From a virus: a stretch of 64,000 bases of DNA. Both the position numbers and the translations under genes were made by a program. A model generated the notes under the pieces. The model was given only the letters and a program-made list of their open reading frames with translations. It made no database searches and had not been told where the DNA came from. The stretch's first letter is position 1, and the number at the start of each line of letters is the position of its first letter. The stretch is taken from positions 63,704-127,703 of the IMG/VR virus record IMGVR_UViG_3300046318_000520. One strand, written 5' to 3'. Positions 48,572 to 58,800 of the stretch are shown here, piece by piece.

Positions 48572-48661
48572 GGTGGTGAAACTGGCAGACACACCTCCCG
48601 GTCTCGGAGGCGGGAGTGGGGAATCCCCGCTCGTTTGGAGGTTCAAATCCTCCCCTTACAG
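48567..48661 (+). tRNA. class II tRNA-like RNA with atypical anticodon loop (GTC)
   Basis: Acceptor TGTAAGG/CCTTACA-G; CCTCC-CGGTCTC-GGAGG; 8-bp variable arm; GGAGG-TTCAAAT-CCTCC. Confidence 0.8.
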
Positions 48662-48693
48662 CTGATTTATTAATTAACAATAAACCTAAAAAC

Positions 48694-49224
48694 ATGAAAA
48701 AGGTTATTTTTTTAGCATTAGTAATTTTTGCAATGTCGTGCACCAAGAGTACTGACAGCGTTATCCATGGTACCAAGCAGGAAGCCGGAGCCTGGGTATA
48801 TGATTCTGCATTTAAAAAACCGGTACAGGTTACAGATAATTTCTATCTGATCAGCCCAACCTGGGGACAGTCGTTTGATTATGCTTCTAAGAGAGCAGAC
48901 AGGGAACTCTACGTAGGCCTGGCTGTATTGCTGCTGGCTATAGCCGTGTTTCTGGTGATATCAAAAGCTAAAGACGCCGCATGGGTGCCTAAGTTTTTTG
49001 ATAACACACACATCTTTAACATGTGTCTTTTCATTTTACTCTCATCTAGTGCTTCTTCTTTTTTAGCTCATCCCGGTGGTATCAGATTTAATAATGACAA
49101 ATGGGTCAATAAGATTGACTATGACAAAGTAATTAAAGAGTCAGGATCTACACAACCTATCTGGGACAGTCTTGAAACCAACTGCCTTATTGTAGACGGT
49201 CCTTACAATTGTTATACTAAATAA
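48694..49224 (+). CDS. lipoprotein-signal membrane protein
   Basis: MKKVIFLALVIFAMS-C lipobox plus two TM segments. Confidence 0.65.
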   Translation: MKKVIFLALVIFAMSCTKSTDSVIHGTKQEAGAWVYDSAFKKPVQVTDNFYLISPTWGQSFDYASKRADRELYVGLAVLLLAIAVFLVISKAKDAAWVPKFFDNTHIFNMCLFILLSSSASSFLAHPGGIRFNNDKWVNKIDYDKVIKESGSTQPIWDSLETNCLIVDGPYNCYTK

Positions 49225-49323
49225 TCAAAGACAGCTGCAAATAAAGGGGAGTATATGTGCAGTAACCCCAGGGATGATATCTCCCACTGCACTCTTTTTT
49301 TTAAATCATAACCTAATAAAACT

Positions 49324-49503
49324 ATGAAAGCTACCATTCTTATTCTCGGCTTGTTTCTTACAGCCTGTGGTACTAGTACTGTACCCACTCCATCTAGTAT
49401 TACGGAACCAGGTGATGACAGCTCAGTCATCCTGCCTAAAGATATTGACAGCTTACGTGCTGACAGTAGTTTCGGACGTCCCCATCCTCTTAACATTCTA
49501 TAA
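49324..49503 (+). CDS. small lipoprotein (59 aa, absent from ORF track)
   Basis: MKATILILGLFLTA-C lipobox. Confidence 0.55.
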   Translation: MKATILILGLFLTACGTSTVPTPSSITEPGDDSSVILPKDIDSLRADSSFGRPHPLNIL

Positions 49504-49511
49504 TAACAACT

Positions 49512-49793
49512 ATGCAAAATGAAGTTTACACAGATCATGAAGGATTTGGTTTTTACATCCCAGGTCAAGAACCTGTTCATGGACCTGACAATAGTTGCTA
49601 TAATTATGTCTTTCACTATAATGGCTATGCTGGCTTGTGGGCTGCTATTCCTCGTGATGTGTACAATGATTACTGGAGTGACAGTAATACTCCTGGTGTC
49701 ATTCGTAGCAAGTCCATTCAAACGCTTGTGGAGATACTTTATAAAACCCAAGGAGACCCTTCTCTGATAGACCAGTTGACCCGTGAGCAATAA
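49512..49793 (+). CDS. hypothetical protein
   Basis: 93-aa ORF overlapping the terL start. Confidence 0.65.
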   Translation: MQNEVYTDHEGFGFYIPGQEPVHGPDNSCYNYVFHYNGYAGLWAAIPRDVYNDYWSDSNTPGVIRSKSIQTLVEILYKTQGDPSLIDQLTREQ

Positions 49794-51990
49794 TCCGGTG
49801 TATATAGAAGTGCCCACCTATGAAAACAACCAGTGGGGCGTCACAGTATTTCAGACACGGGATGAGTTCCGTGACTTTCTTGTGCCCCTGTTTAAAGAAC
49901 CGGGTGAGTATCAGTTTGACGAAGCTTCTAAAATCTTTAATGTAGAGGGAAGAAAGTTCCAGCAACAGGGTTATTACTGTGCGGCACCTGTTAAGACTAA
50001 AGACTTTATTACCTACTGGAATGACCAGAAAAACAAATGCCGCTTTGGTATCATTGTAAAATCAGACAGCAACACCTGGTATTTATCAAGAGACTACTAC
50101 ATGTGGTTGAACTTCCTGCCAATCTATGACAAGGAAGAAAAACGATTTGACTTTGCCAAGATAAGGGACGCCCAGTATCACATGGCCATGTACGAGATCC
50201 TGGCTGAGATGCATTACAAGCATGCCATCATTTTAAAGAAACGTCAGATTGCATCTTCTTATTTTCACATGGCCAAGCTCATTAACCAGTGGGTCTTTGA
50301 ACAGGGTGCTGTTCTTAAGATTGGTGCCAGTCTTAAAGATTATATTAACGAGAAAGGATCCTGGAAGTTTTTAAATGAGTATAGAAACTTTTTAAACGAG
50401 CACACTGCCTGGTACAGACCGGCAGAACCAGACAAGGTGGGAGCGTGGAACCAGCAGATCAAGGTGAGACAGGGTGGTCGTGATACCTATAGAGGTAACA
50501 AGTCCACCATAAACTCATACAGCTTTGAAAAGGACCCCACAAACGGTGTGGGTGGACCTGTGACATACTTCTTTCATGAAGAGGCAGGAATAGCCCCTAA
50601 AATGGACGACACCTATGGCTTTATGAAACCGGCCCTTAAGTCTGGTCATATCATCACCGGTCAGTTCATAGCTGCAGGATCAGTGGGTGACCTGGATCAG
50701 TGTGAACCCATGAAAGAATACATCCTGCATCCTGAGGAAAACGGATTCTACGGGGTGCCTTCTAATCTTATTGATAAGGACGGGACAATAGGCAGCACTG
50801 GGTTGTTTATTCCGGAACAGTGGAGTATGCCTCCGTATATAGATCAATACGGTAACTCTAAAGTGCAGGAGGCATTAGAGGCCTTAGAGACTGAGTTTGC
50901 TAAAATGAAAAAAGAGCTGGCCCCGGATGCATACCAGCTTACCGTTTCACAGCAACCACGTAACATAGAGGAAGCATTTGCCACCCGTAAGGTGAGCGTA
51001 TTTCCGCCACATCTTATTTCTAAACAACTGCAACGTATATCAGACAAAGAATACCCTGTTGAATATTTAGAACTCTCTCGTAATGCAGAAGGAAAGCTTA
51101 CAGACAAACCCAGTCGTAAGATTCCCATCATGGACTTTCCCATCTCTAAAAAAACAGAAGATAAAGAGGGAGTGCTCTGTGTATACGAGCGTCCCTGTAA
51201 AGATCCACAGTTTGGAAACTATTACGCTTCCATTGACCCGGTGGGAGAGGGTAAGACAACAACATCAGAGTCACTGTGTGCTATCTATGTATATAAAAAC
51301 CCGGTGGAAGTAATCAAAGATGACGGCAATGGTAAAGTGGAGCACAGTATAGAACGGGATAAGATTGTGGCTTCTTGGTGCGGACGTTTTGACGACATCA
51401 ACAAAACCCATGAACGCCTGGAGATGATCATTGAATGGTACAATGCCTGGACCATTGTGGAAAATAACGTGGCCCTGTTCATTCAGTATATGATTAGCCG
51501 CAAACGCCAGCGGTATTTGGTGCCCAAGGACATGATCTTATTTCTTAAAGATATTGGGGCTAATCGTAATGTATTTCAGGAATACGGATGGAAAAACGTG
51601 GGTACACTGTTTAAAGGAAACATTCTCTCCTATGGTATTGAATTTCTAAAAGAGGAGCTGGATGTACAAACAAAAGAAGATGGCACCATTGTAAAAACCA
51701 CCTACGGCGTGGAACGAATACCTGATCCCATGCTCCTTAAAGAGATGCAGGCCTACCAGGAAGGGGTGAATGTGGACAGGTTAGTGGCATTTTGTGCCCT
51801 GGTTGCGTTCTCTAAAATACAACTTTCTAATAGAGGTTTTGCCAAACGTGTAGAACATACAGGCCAAAAGTTGGAGAACTCACAAAAATTCAGTAAATTA
51901 AATTATACCCCCTTTAGGCATTTGGGTGGATCTGGTAACGGGTCACCAAACCAGAGACCTTCCCGTAACGCTTTCAAAAACCTTCGTTAA
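49783..51990 (+). CDS. terL: terminase large subunit
   Basis: LKKRQIASS Walker A variant, FHEEAG Walker B, SIDP and NVDR RNaseH-fold nuclease; crAss-like type. Confidence 0.9.
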   Translation: MSNNPVYIEVPTYENNQWGVTVFQTRDEFRDFLVPLFKEPGEYQFDEASKIFNVEGRKFQQQGYYCAAPVKTKDFITYWNDQKNKCRFGIIVKSDSNTWYLSRDYYMWLNFLPIYDKEEKRFDFAKIRDAQYHMAMYEILAEMHYKHAIILKKRQIASSYFHMAKLINQWVFEQGAVLKIGASLKDYINEKGSWKFLNEYRNFLNEHTAWYRPAEPDKVGAWNQQIKVRQGGRDTYRGNKSTINSYSFEKDPTNGVGGPVTYFFHEEAGIAPKMDDTYGFMKPALKSGHIITGQFIAAGSVGDLDQCEPMKEYILHPEENGFYGVPSNLIDKDGTIGSTGLFIPEQWSMPPYIDQYGNSKVQEALEALETEFAKMKKELAPDAYQLTVSQQPRNIEEAFATRKVSVFPPHLISKQLQRISDKEYPVEYLELSRNAEGKLTDKPSRKIPIMDFPISKKTEDKEGVLCVYERPCKDPQFGNYYASIDPVGEGKTTTSESLCAIYVYKNPVEVIKDDGNGKVEHSIERDKIVASWCGRFDDINKTHERLEMIIEWYNAWTIVENNVALFIQYMISRKRQRYLVPKDMILFLKDIGANRNVFQEYGWKNVGTLFKGNILSYGIEFLKEELDVQTKEDGTIVKTTYGVERIPDPMLLKEMQAYQEGVNVDRLVAFCALVAFSKIQLSNRGFAKRVEHTGQKLENSQKFSKLNYTPFRHLGGSGNGSPNQRPSRNAFKNLR

Positions 51991-51994
51991 TCCT

Positions 51995-52309
51995 ATGGAA
52001 CACTCAGAACTACACCAGGAAAAGATCCAGATATTAAGCCGTTTGATTAAGGAAAGCTCTCTGACCCTGGAAGAAGCCTTGTTGCTTTTACAGGAAGAAG
52101 AGGAGATTACTCCTGTTTCTACACCCAGCTACATACCGGGAACAACAACACCCTGGTCCAATCCTTACTACGGCAGTGGCACATTGCCTCTTACTGGGAC
52201 TATCACTGTTGCTAACACACATGGTGGAATAGGACTTAACACTACTACTACAGCTACATACCCTAATCTCAATACTCCGCAGACCCTGACTGCTGATCTA
52301 AATACCTAA
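51995..52309 (+). CDS. hypothetical protein
   Basis: LTLEEALLLL followed by a Thr/Pro-rich tail. Confidence 0.6.
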   Translation: MEHSELHQEKIQILSRLIKESSLTLEEALLLLQEEEEITPVSTPSYIPGTTTPWSNPYYGSGTLPLTGTITVANTHGGIGLNTTTTATYPNLNTPQTLTADLNT

Positions 52310-52314
52310 GAAAA

Positions 52315-55068
52315 ATGCAGATATATAATGCCATGGATCTCAAGGCTGGTAAAAAGGCCGAATATACAAAGATGGGTACTCTTACCCAGCCTATTCAATT
52401 TCTTCCTGAAAAGGAGAAAAACGAGGAATGGCGTTCTCATAATCTTGACTGGTTAGAGTTTCAGGGTATGAAACAGCTCAGGCGCAATGCCCGCAGGCTG
52501 ATGAAGAATTACAAGCTTGCAAAAGGTATTATAGATAAGACCGACTATATAGTGGAGGATAATAACGAGACTGCAGAGCTGATTGATATACTTACCAAAG
52601 AAGATCAATCTGCTTTAGAGCTAAAGTTCTATCCCATTATTCCCAATGTCGTAAACGTGCTGTGCAATGAGTTTTCTAAAAGAAGCTCACGGATCATGTT
52701 TAGGGCAGTGGATGACATTTCTTACCAGGAAATGCTGGAGGAAAAAAGAGCCATGATAGAGGACGTGTTGGTTCGGCAGGCTGAACAAAAGATCATGATG
52801 AAGATCATGGAGCAGGGAATGGACTTTGAATCTGAGGAAGCTCAGCAAATGATGAGCCCTGAGAACATCCGCAGTCTTCCTGAAATTGAGCAGTTCTTTA
52901 AAAAGGATTATAGAAGCCTTATAGAAGAGTGGGCCACCCATCAGATGATCATAGACAATGAAAGGTTCAGGATGGAAGAGCTTGAGGAGCAGGGTTTTCG
53001 GGACATGCTTATTACAGACAGGGAATTTTGGCACTTTGATCTTAAAGAAGATGACTATGAAATAGAGCTGTGGAACCCGCTGTTGACTTTCTATCATAAA
53101 TCTCCTGATGTCCGCTATATTTCCCAGGGTAATTGGGTGGGTAAGATGGACATGATGAGCGTCAGTGATGTCATTGACAAGTACGGCTGGATGATGAACC
53201 AGGATCAGCTTGAAGCATTGGAGGCCATATATCCGGTACGTTCTGCTGGTTATGCCGTACAAGGTTACCAGAATGACGGATCTTATTATGATGCAACCAA
53301 ATCTCATGAATGGAACACACAGATGCCATCTTTGGCTTATCGTCAGTACATGAGCGTCTATGATGGAAAGTTTGGTACCGGTGATGTTGTTGAATGGATC
53401 CTCTCAGATTCAGAAGACTTGCAGGACTTTGGAAAGTCTCATATGCTCAGGGCCACAACTGTATATTGGAAGAGCCAGCGTAAAGTCGGACACCTTACTA
53501 AGATTACAGAAGAAGGAGAAATAATCCAGGATATTATTTCCGAGCAGTACAAAATAACAGACAAGCCAATGTATAATACGGCTGTCTATAAAGATAAATC
53601 AAAAGACAATCTGCTTTTTGGTGAGCACATTGACTGGATCTGGATTAATGAGGTGTGGGGAGGAATTAAGATTGGACCTAACCGCCCTGCTTTCTGGGGA
53701 CAAAACAACCCCGGGGGCATCAACCCAATATATCTTGGTCTGAACGGGGGAAAGCCCGGACGTATTCCTTTTCAGTTTAAAGGGGATAGCACACTTTATG
53801 GATGTAAACTTCCTGTAGAAGGTGCCGTGTTCGGGGATAGAAACACCCGTTCAGTATCTCTTGTAGATACGATGAAGCCTTTTCAAATAGGCTATAACAT
53901 TGTTAATAATCAGATAGCTGATATCCTGGTAGATGAACTGGGAACCGTAATCATGCTGGACCAGAACGCTTTACCACGTCACTCCATGGGAGAAGACTGG
54001 GGTAAAAATAACCTGGCCAATGCTTACGTAGCCATGAAGAATTTCCAGATGTTACCCCTTGACACATCCATCACCAACACTGAGAACGCCCTGAACTTTC
54101 AGCACTATCAAGTCTTAAACCTGGAACAAACCAATCGTTTGTTATCCAGGGTAAACCTTGCAGGTTACTTTAAGAACCAGGCCTTTGAGGTGATTGGTCT
54201 GAATCCTCAGCGGATGGGTCAGCAGATTGCCCAGCAACAGACTGCCACCGGAGTGGAACAGGCTGTCAGTGCCTCATATGCACAAACCGAGCAGTATTTT
54301 ATACAGCACTCTGATAACCTGATGCCGCGTGTACACCAGATGCGTACTGACCTGGCCCAATACTACCATTCCACAAAACCAAGCGTACGCCTGCAGTATA
54401 TCACCCGTGAGGATGAAAAGGTGAATTTTCAAATGAACGGAACGGATCTACTGATGCGTGACTTTAATATATTCTGCACCACTAAGACAAACTCACGCTC
54501 TATTATGGAGCAGCTTAGGGGACTGGCTCTGAATAACAACACAACAGGTGCTTCCATATTTGACCTTGGAAATATTATAAAAGCAGAGTCCATTGCAGAA
54601 CTTACCGGCGTGCTTAAAAGTGCAGAAGAAAAAAGCAATGCACAGAAGCAGGCTGAAATGCAGCAGCAGCAACAAATGCAGCAGGAGCTGCTGGAATCCC
54701 AGGAGCGTCAAAAACAAATGGATCTTCAGTTTAGAGCAGAACAATCTGATCTTGACAGGCAAACCCAGATTACTGTGGCTGAAATTAGGTCCGCAGGGTA
54801 TGGTGCCCAGTCTGATGTTAATCAAAATCAGATGAGTGATTACCAGGATGCCATAGCTGACATCCGTAAACAGGACCAGTACCAGGATGCAATGAATTTT
54901 AAACGTGAGCAAGAGGTAAATAAAAACAGTACCAACCAATCTAAGCTCAACCTGGATCGTGAAAAACTTCAAACACAGCGTGACATAGCAGACAAACAAC
55001 TGCAGATTGCCAGGGAGAATAAGAACAAATATGACGTTTCCAACAGCTCTTCCAAGAAATCTAAATAA
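52315..55068 (+). CDS. portal protein
   Basis: 917 aa after terL; YPIIPNVVNVL, SLVDTMKPFQ, long C-terminal coiled coil. Confidence 0.85.
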   Translation: MQIYNAMDLKAGKKAEYTKMGTLTQPIQFLPEKEKNEEWRSHNLDWLEFQGMKQLRRNARRLMKNYKLAKGIIDKTDYIVEDNNETAELIDILTKEDQSALELKFYPIIPNVVNVLCNEFSKRSSRIMFRAVDDISYQEMLEEKRAMIEDVLVRQAEQKIMMKIMEQGMDFESEEAQQMMSPENIRSLPEIEQFFKKDYRSLIEEWATHQMIIDNERFRMEELEEQGFRDMLITDREFWHFDLKEDDYEIELWNPLLTFYHKSPDVRYISQGNWVGKMDMMSVSDVIDKYGWMMNQDQLEALEAIYPVRSAGYAVQGYQNDGSYYDATKSHEWNTQMPSLAYRQYMSVYDGKFGTGDVVEWILSDSEDLQDFGKSHMLRATTVYWKSQRKVGHLTKITEEGEIIQDIISEQYKITDKPMYNTAVYKDKSKDNLLFGEHIDWIWINEVWGGIKIGPNRPAFWGQNNPGGINPIYLGLNGGKPGRIPFQFKGDSTLYGCKLPVEGAVFGDRNTRSVSLVDTMKPFQIGYNIVNNQIADILVDELGTVIMLDQNALPRHSMGEDWGKNNLANAYVAMKNFQMLPLDTSITNTENALNFQHYQVLNLEQTNRLLSRVNLAGYFKNQAFEVIGLNPQRMGQQIAQQQTATGVEQAVSASYAQTEQYFIQHSDNLMPRVHQMRTDLAQYYHSTKPSVRLQYITREDEKVNFQMNGTDLLMRDFNIFCTTKTNSRSIMEQLRGLALNNNTTGASIFDLGNIIKAESIAELTGVLKSAEEKSNAQKQAEMQQQQQMQQELLESQERQKQMDLQFRAEQSDLDRQTQITVAEIRSAGYGAQSDVNQNQMSDYQDAIADIRKQDQYQDAMNFKREQEVNKNSTNQSKLNLDREKLQTQRDIADKQLQIARENKNKYDVSNSSSKKSK

Positions 55069-55180
55069 TTATAGCTCTATAATCCGCACGTTAGGTCTCT
55101 TTTAGTTCTACATTTTAAATTTTTAGAGTTTAAAGTTGTATATTATTTATGTAGAGCTACACCAAAAAAACCAATAAGTT

Positions 55181-56425
55181 ATGGAAAACAACCCCACTAG
55201 TGTACAAACTTCTGTACAAACAGTAGACCTTGATATAGACAGCTGGTTAGGAGCCCCCGGTGCAGAGAGTGTTGTAACACCCACTGAACCTGAAAAGTTA
55301 AAAGCTAACATCTTTTCACAGGGAAAAACAGACATGAGTTTTCTGGATGATGCAGATGAAGTAATTGATGACAAAGAAGACAAAGTTTCCCGTGAAACGT
55401 CTCTAACCAAAGAACAAACAGCTGATCTTTTAAATAATCTGGATGATGAGGATGAGACCAAAGGTAAACCAGGACGTCCCAAAACAGAAAAATCAGGATT
55501 AGTTGAGTTTCTTAAAAAAAGAATAGAGTCAAAGGACATGTTTGCCTTTGATGACTATGATGAAAATACACAAGATCTGGGAGATTACCTGGGCACGTTG
55601 TCTGAAAAAGATATAGATGAACTCTGGCAGGCCAACATGGATAACATGAAGCAAGAAGTTGCGGCCAAGACACCTAAAGAGTTTTTTGAATCCCTTCCGG
55701 ATGAATTGCAATATGCTGCTAAATATGTAGCAGACGGTGGTCAGGATCTAAAAGGATTATTCCAGGCTCTTGCCCGTGTTGAACAGGTACGAGAGCTTGA
55801 TCCTACAGAAGAGAACGACCAGGAAAATATTGTAAGATCTTATCTCAGTGCCACAGGTTTTGGAAACGCTGAAGAAATAGATGAAGAGTTGACTACGTGG
55901 AAAGACCTGGGAGTGCTTGAAAAAAAGGCCAAGCAGTTCAAACCCAAACTGGACCAGATGCAGGAAGAGATTGTTCAATCTCAGTTGCAGGATCAGGAAG
56001 CCAGAAAAGAACAACAGCAGGAAGCTGCTGATGCATATATAAAAAACGTATTTGAAGCCCTTCGTCCAGCTGAGATTAACGGTCTTAAACTGGATAAAAA
56101 AACACAGGCCCAGCTTTATTCTGGTCTTGTTCAGCCTCAATACCCTTCCATTAGCGGACGCCCAACAAACCTATTGGGACATCTTTTAGAGAAGTACCAG
56201 TTTGTTGAACCCAACTACCCGCTTATTGCAGAAGCCCTTTGGTTATTGTCTAATCCTGACGAGTACCGTCAAAACCTGACAAAGCAAGGAAAAACCCAGG
56301 CTGTTGAACAAACTGTAAGACAGTTAAAAACAGAGCAGAGTCGTAAAACGGTAAGTACCTATAACGATGATGACGAACCAAAATCCAGAAAAATAGCCAG
56401 ACCTCAGAATATTTTTAAAAGATAA
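55181..56425 (+). CDS. putative scaffolding protein
   Basis: Acidic, helical; between portal and capsid. Confidence 0.55.
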   Translation: MENNPTSVQTSVQTVDLDIDSWLGAPGAESVVTPTEPEKLKANIFSQGKTDMSFLDDADEVIDDKEDKVSRETSLTKEQTADLLNNLDDEDETKGKPGRPKTEKSGLVEFLKKRIESKDMFAFDDYDENTQDLGDYLGTLSEKDIDELWQANMDNMKQEVAAKTPKEFFESLPDELQYAAKYVADGGQDLKGLFQALARVEQVRELDPTEENDQENIVRSYLSATGFGNAEEIDEELTTWKDLGVLEKKAKQFKPKLDQMQEEIVQSQLQDQEARKEQQQEAADAYIKNVFEALRPAEINGLKLDKKTQAQLYSGLVQPQYPSISGRPTNLLGHLLEKYQFVEPNYPLIAEALWLLSNPDEYRQNLTKQGKTQAVEQTVRQLKTEQSRKTVSTYNDDDEPKSRKIARPQNIFKR

Positions 56426-56461
56426 TTTTTTTCAATCCTAACCCTATAAAACAAAAGCCTC

Positions 56462-58081
56462 ATGGCAACACCAGTTTTAAACAATGGTATATTTCTACGG
56501 GATACCAGCTATCAAACTAGCTCACACGTAGACTCTTACCACCTTTCTAATCTGCTTAAATCAGCAGAACCAACTGACCTCGGTCCGGTTGATCTGTGGG
56601 CTATGGCACAAAAGGTTGAAATGCCTTTGTATCAAATGTCTTCTTTTGGCGGAAAGAACGTTATCAGTGTAGATAACGCACGTGGAGAGTACAAGTGGCA
56701 GATTCCAGTTACACAGGATCTTCCTTACATCACAGAAGACATTGAATCAGCTAACTCTACAAAGGGTATTGATGGTCAGTCTTTCAAAATTAAATTAAAC
56801 AAGCGTTCATTTGGCCATGGTGATATCATCACCTATGACAAGTACAACGGAGTTGAAATGTACATCGTAGCAGACGATATTATCCCTGCCGGTGATGGTT
56901 TCATCTACACTGTGCAGCTTGTTAACAACGACAGCACTAAGTTCCTGGACAGCAAGTATGTTCGTCAGGGTACTAAGATGTTCCGTAAAGGTTCTGCTCG
57001 TGGAGAGTACGGAGAGAAATTCTCTGATCTTGGTAATGTAAGTGCAGGTTTCCGTGAATTCTACAACTATGTTGGAGGTGCTGAAGCTCACGTTCACTAT
57101 TCTATCTCTAGTCGTGCAGACTTGATGATGAAAGGTGGAATGAAAGCTGATGGAACTGTTCCTGTAGTTGAGATGTGGAGAAACTTTGACAAGAACATTG
57201 ATCCTTCTGTTTCCAGCATGGAATCTATGGCTGACAAAATGGGTAAGGACTATGTAAAGAAAGCCTACCAGTCTGGCCAGTTGACACGTTCTTTCTTGAC
57301 TACACTTGAGGCAGCTCATTTGACCAAGATTGCTAATGACATTGAAACCTACCTCATGTGGGGACAAGGTGGAAAGGTTAAGCAAGATGGTCCAGATGAT
57401 ATCCGTTTGTCAGTGGGTCTTTGGAAGCAGCTTGATAACTCTTTCAAACGCATCTACAATAAGTCTTCTTTCAACTTGGATCTTTTCAAATCTGAAATCT
57501 TCAACTTCTTCAACGGAAAGGTTGAGTTCCAGGGACCAGATCCTAAGCGTCAGCTGGTTGTACAAACCGGTTTGGGTGGAATGAAACTTATCAACGAAGC
57601 CATTAAGAAAGAAGCTATCAACTCTGGTCTTGTTATCAACGCCTCTGAGGTTGGTGCAATCACCGGAAAAGGTATGGATCTTAACTTTGGTTTTGCTTAC
57701 ACTCAATACGTAATTCCGTTCTTGGCTAACGTTAAGTTTGTCTTGAACCCTGCGTTTGACAACATTCACACCAATGATATTGAGAACCCAATCATTGATG
57801 GTTTCCCATTGTCTTCTTACAACTTCATCATTTTTGATATCACTGAGAACACTAACGACAACATCTACTTGTTGAAGCTTTCTTGGGATAATCAATTGAA
57901 ATGGTTCTATCAGAACGGTACCATGGACTACATGGGACGTACTCAAGGTTTCCAGTCTTCTGGCAACTTCAATGGTTACAGAGTATTCATGACACAAACA
58001 ATGCCTGCAGTATGGGTTAAAGATCCTACTAAAGTATTAAAGATCGTTATGCGTAACCCTGTTACTGGTGGATCATTCTAA
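56462..58081 (+). CDS. major capsid protein
   Basis: crAss-like gene order; highly biased codons; strong hairpin downstream. Confidence 0.85.
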   Translation: MATPVLNNGIFLRDTSYQTSSHVDSYHLSNLLKSAEPTDLGPVDLWAMAQKVEMPLYQMSSFGGKNVISVDNARGEYKWQIPVTQDLPYITEDIESANSTKGIDGQSFKIKLNKRSFGHGDIITYDKYNGVEMYIVADDIIPAGDGFIYTVQLVNNDSTKFLDSKYVRQGTKMFRKGSARGEYGEKFSDLGNVSAGFREFYNYVGGAEAHVHYSISSRADLMMKGGMKADGTVPVVEMWRNFDKNIDPSVSSMESMADKMGKDYVKKAYQSGQLTRSFLTTLEAAHLTKIANDIETYLMWGQGGKVKQDGPDDIRLSVGLWKQLDNSFKRIYNKSSFNLDLFKSEIFNFFNGKVEFQGPDPKRQLVVQTGLGGMKLINEAIKKEAINSGLVINASEVGAITGKGMDLNFGFAYTQYVIPFLANVKFVLNPAFDNIHTNDIENPIIDGFPLSSYNFIIFDITENTNDNIYLLKLSWDNQLKWFYQNGTMDYMGRTQGFQSSGNFNGYRVFMTQTMPAVWVKDPTKVLKIVMRNPVTGGSF

Positions 58082-58166
58082 ATAATAGTCAGTAGGCAAG
58101 GAGCCCCGTAAGGCTTCTTGCACACTTACTGACCTATAGTCTTTCTTTTTACTTTAAAATGTTCCT

Positions 58167-58349
58167 ATGAAATTAATCTTTGGTAATTCCCCTATCACTT
58201 CAATTTTAGGTTACCTCATTGCCGGTCTGGTGGTTATTGAACAATCACTTGTTGCCGGAGAAACAAACTGGGTCTCTATTGGTGTTGCTGTATTAACTGC
58301 CTTGTTGGGCCGTAAAGCAGCTGATGCTGAAAAAGTAGAGAAACTTTAA
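58167..58349 (+). CDS. small 2-TM holin-like protein
   Basis: TSILG...LLG..AAD pattern. Confidence 0.55.
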   Translation: MKLIFGNSPITSILGYLIAGLVVIEQSLVAGETNWVSIGVAVLTALLGRKAADAEKVEKL

Positions 58350-58516
58350 ATCAGTAACAGTACTCAGAACGGATAGCTGCCACCGGTATTGCACCGGATA
58401 ACACCCGTACCAGTCTGAGTCATTTTCCTCTCCCGGAATAGTATTCCAGGACGCCTGTCGGGATTGTACCCTTCTTGAGAGCTTACCACTCTGACAGGCA
58501 CAACACATAATAAGTT

Positions 58517-58753
58517 ATGAGCAACAAAGTACGCATTGGCAGAATGGTCAAAATTGACAACAAGAATAAGAAGAAGTTCTCTACTGAGGCTCCTGTCTAT
58601 TTTGCCGTGATGGTCAAGTATAAAGTTGACGGTGTGGATAAGGTCAGGAACCTTTTGTTCACTGACTGGGAAATGGAACGTGCAGCCGTGAGAGCTGACA
58701 AGAACCCGGAAGACCTGCTTATACAAAGCGGTATTTCCAAGATCATTGATTAA
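58517..58753 (+). CDS. hypothetical protein
   Basis: 78-aa ORF. Confidence 0.65.
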   Translation: MSNKVRIGRMVKIDNKNKKKFSTEAPVYFAVMVKYKVDGVDKVRNLLFTDWEMERAAVRADKNPEDLLIQSGISKIID

Positions 58754-58800
58754 GTAGTTCGGAAATCCCGAACATGTTTATAAAACCAAAAAACCAAACC

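Noticed and set aside
48616-48693. N-terminal extension of ORF 48616
   Set aside because: Overlaps the tRNA; the signal peptide begins at ATG 48694.
49783-58081. Introns or inteins in terL, portal or capsid
   Set aside because: ORFs are continuous with no intein splice motifs noticed.
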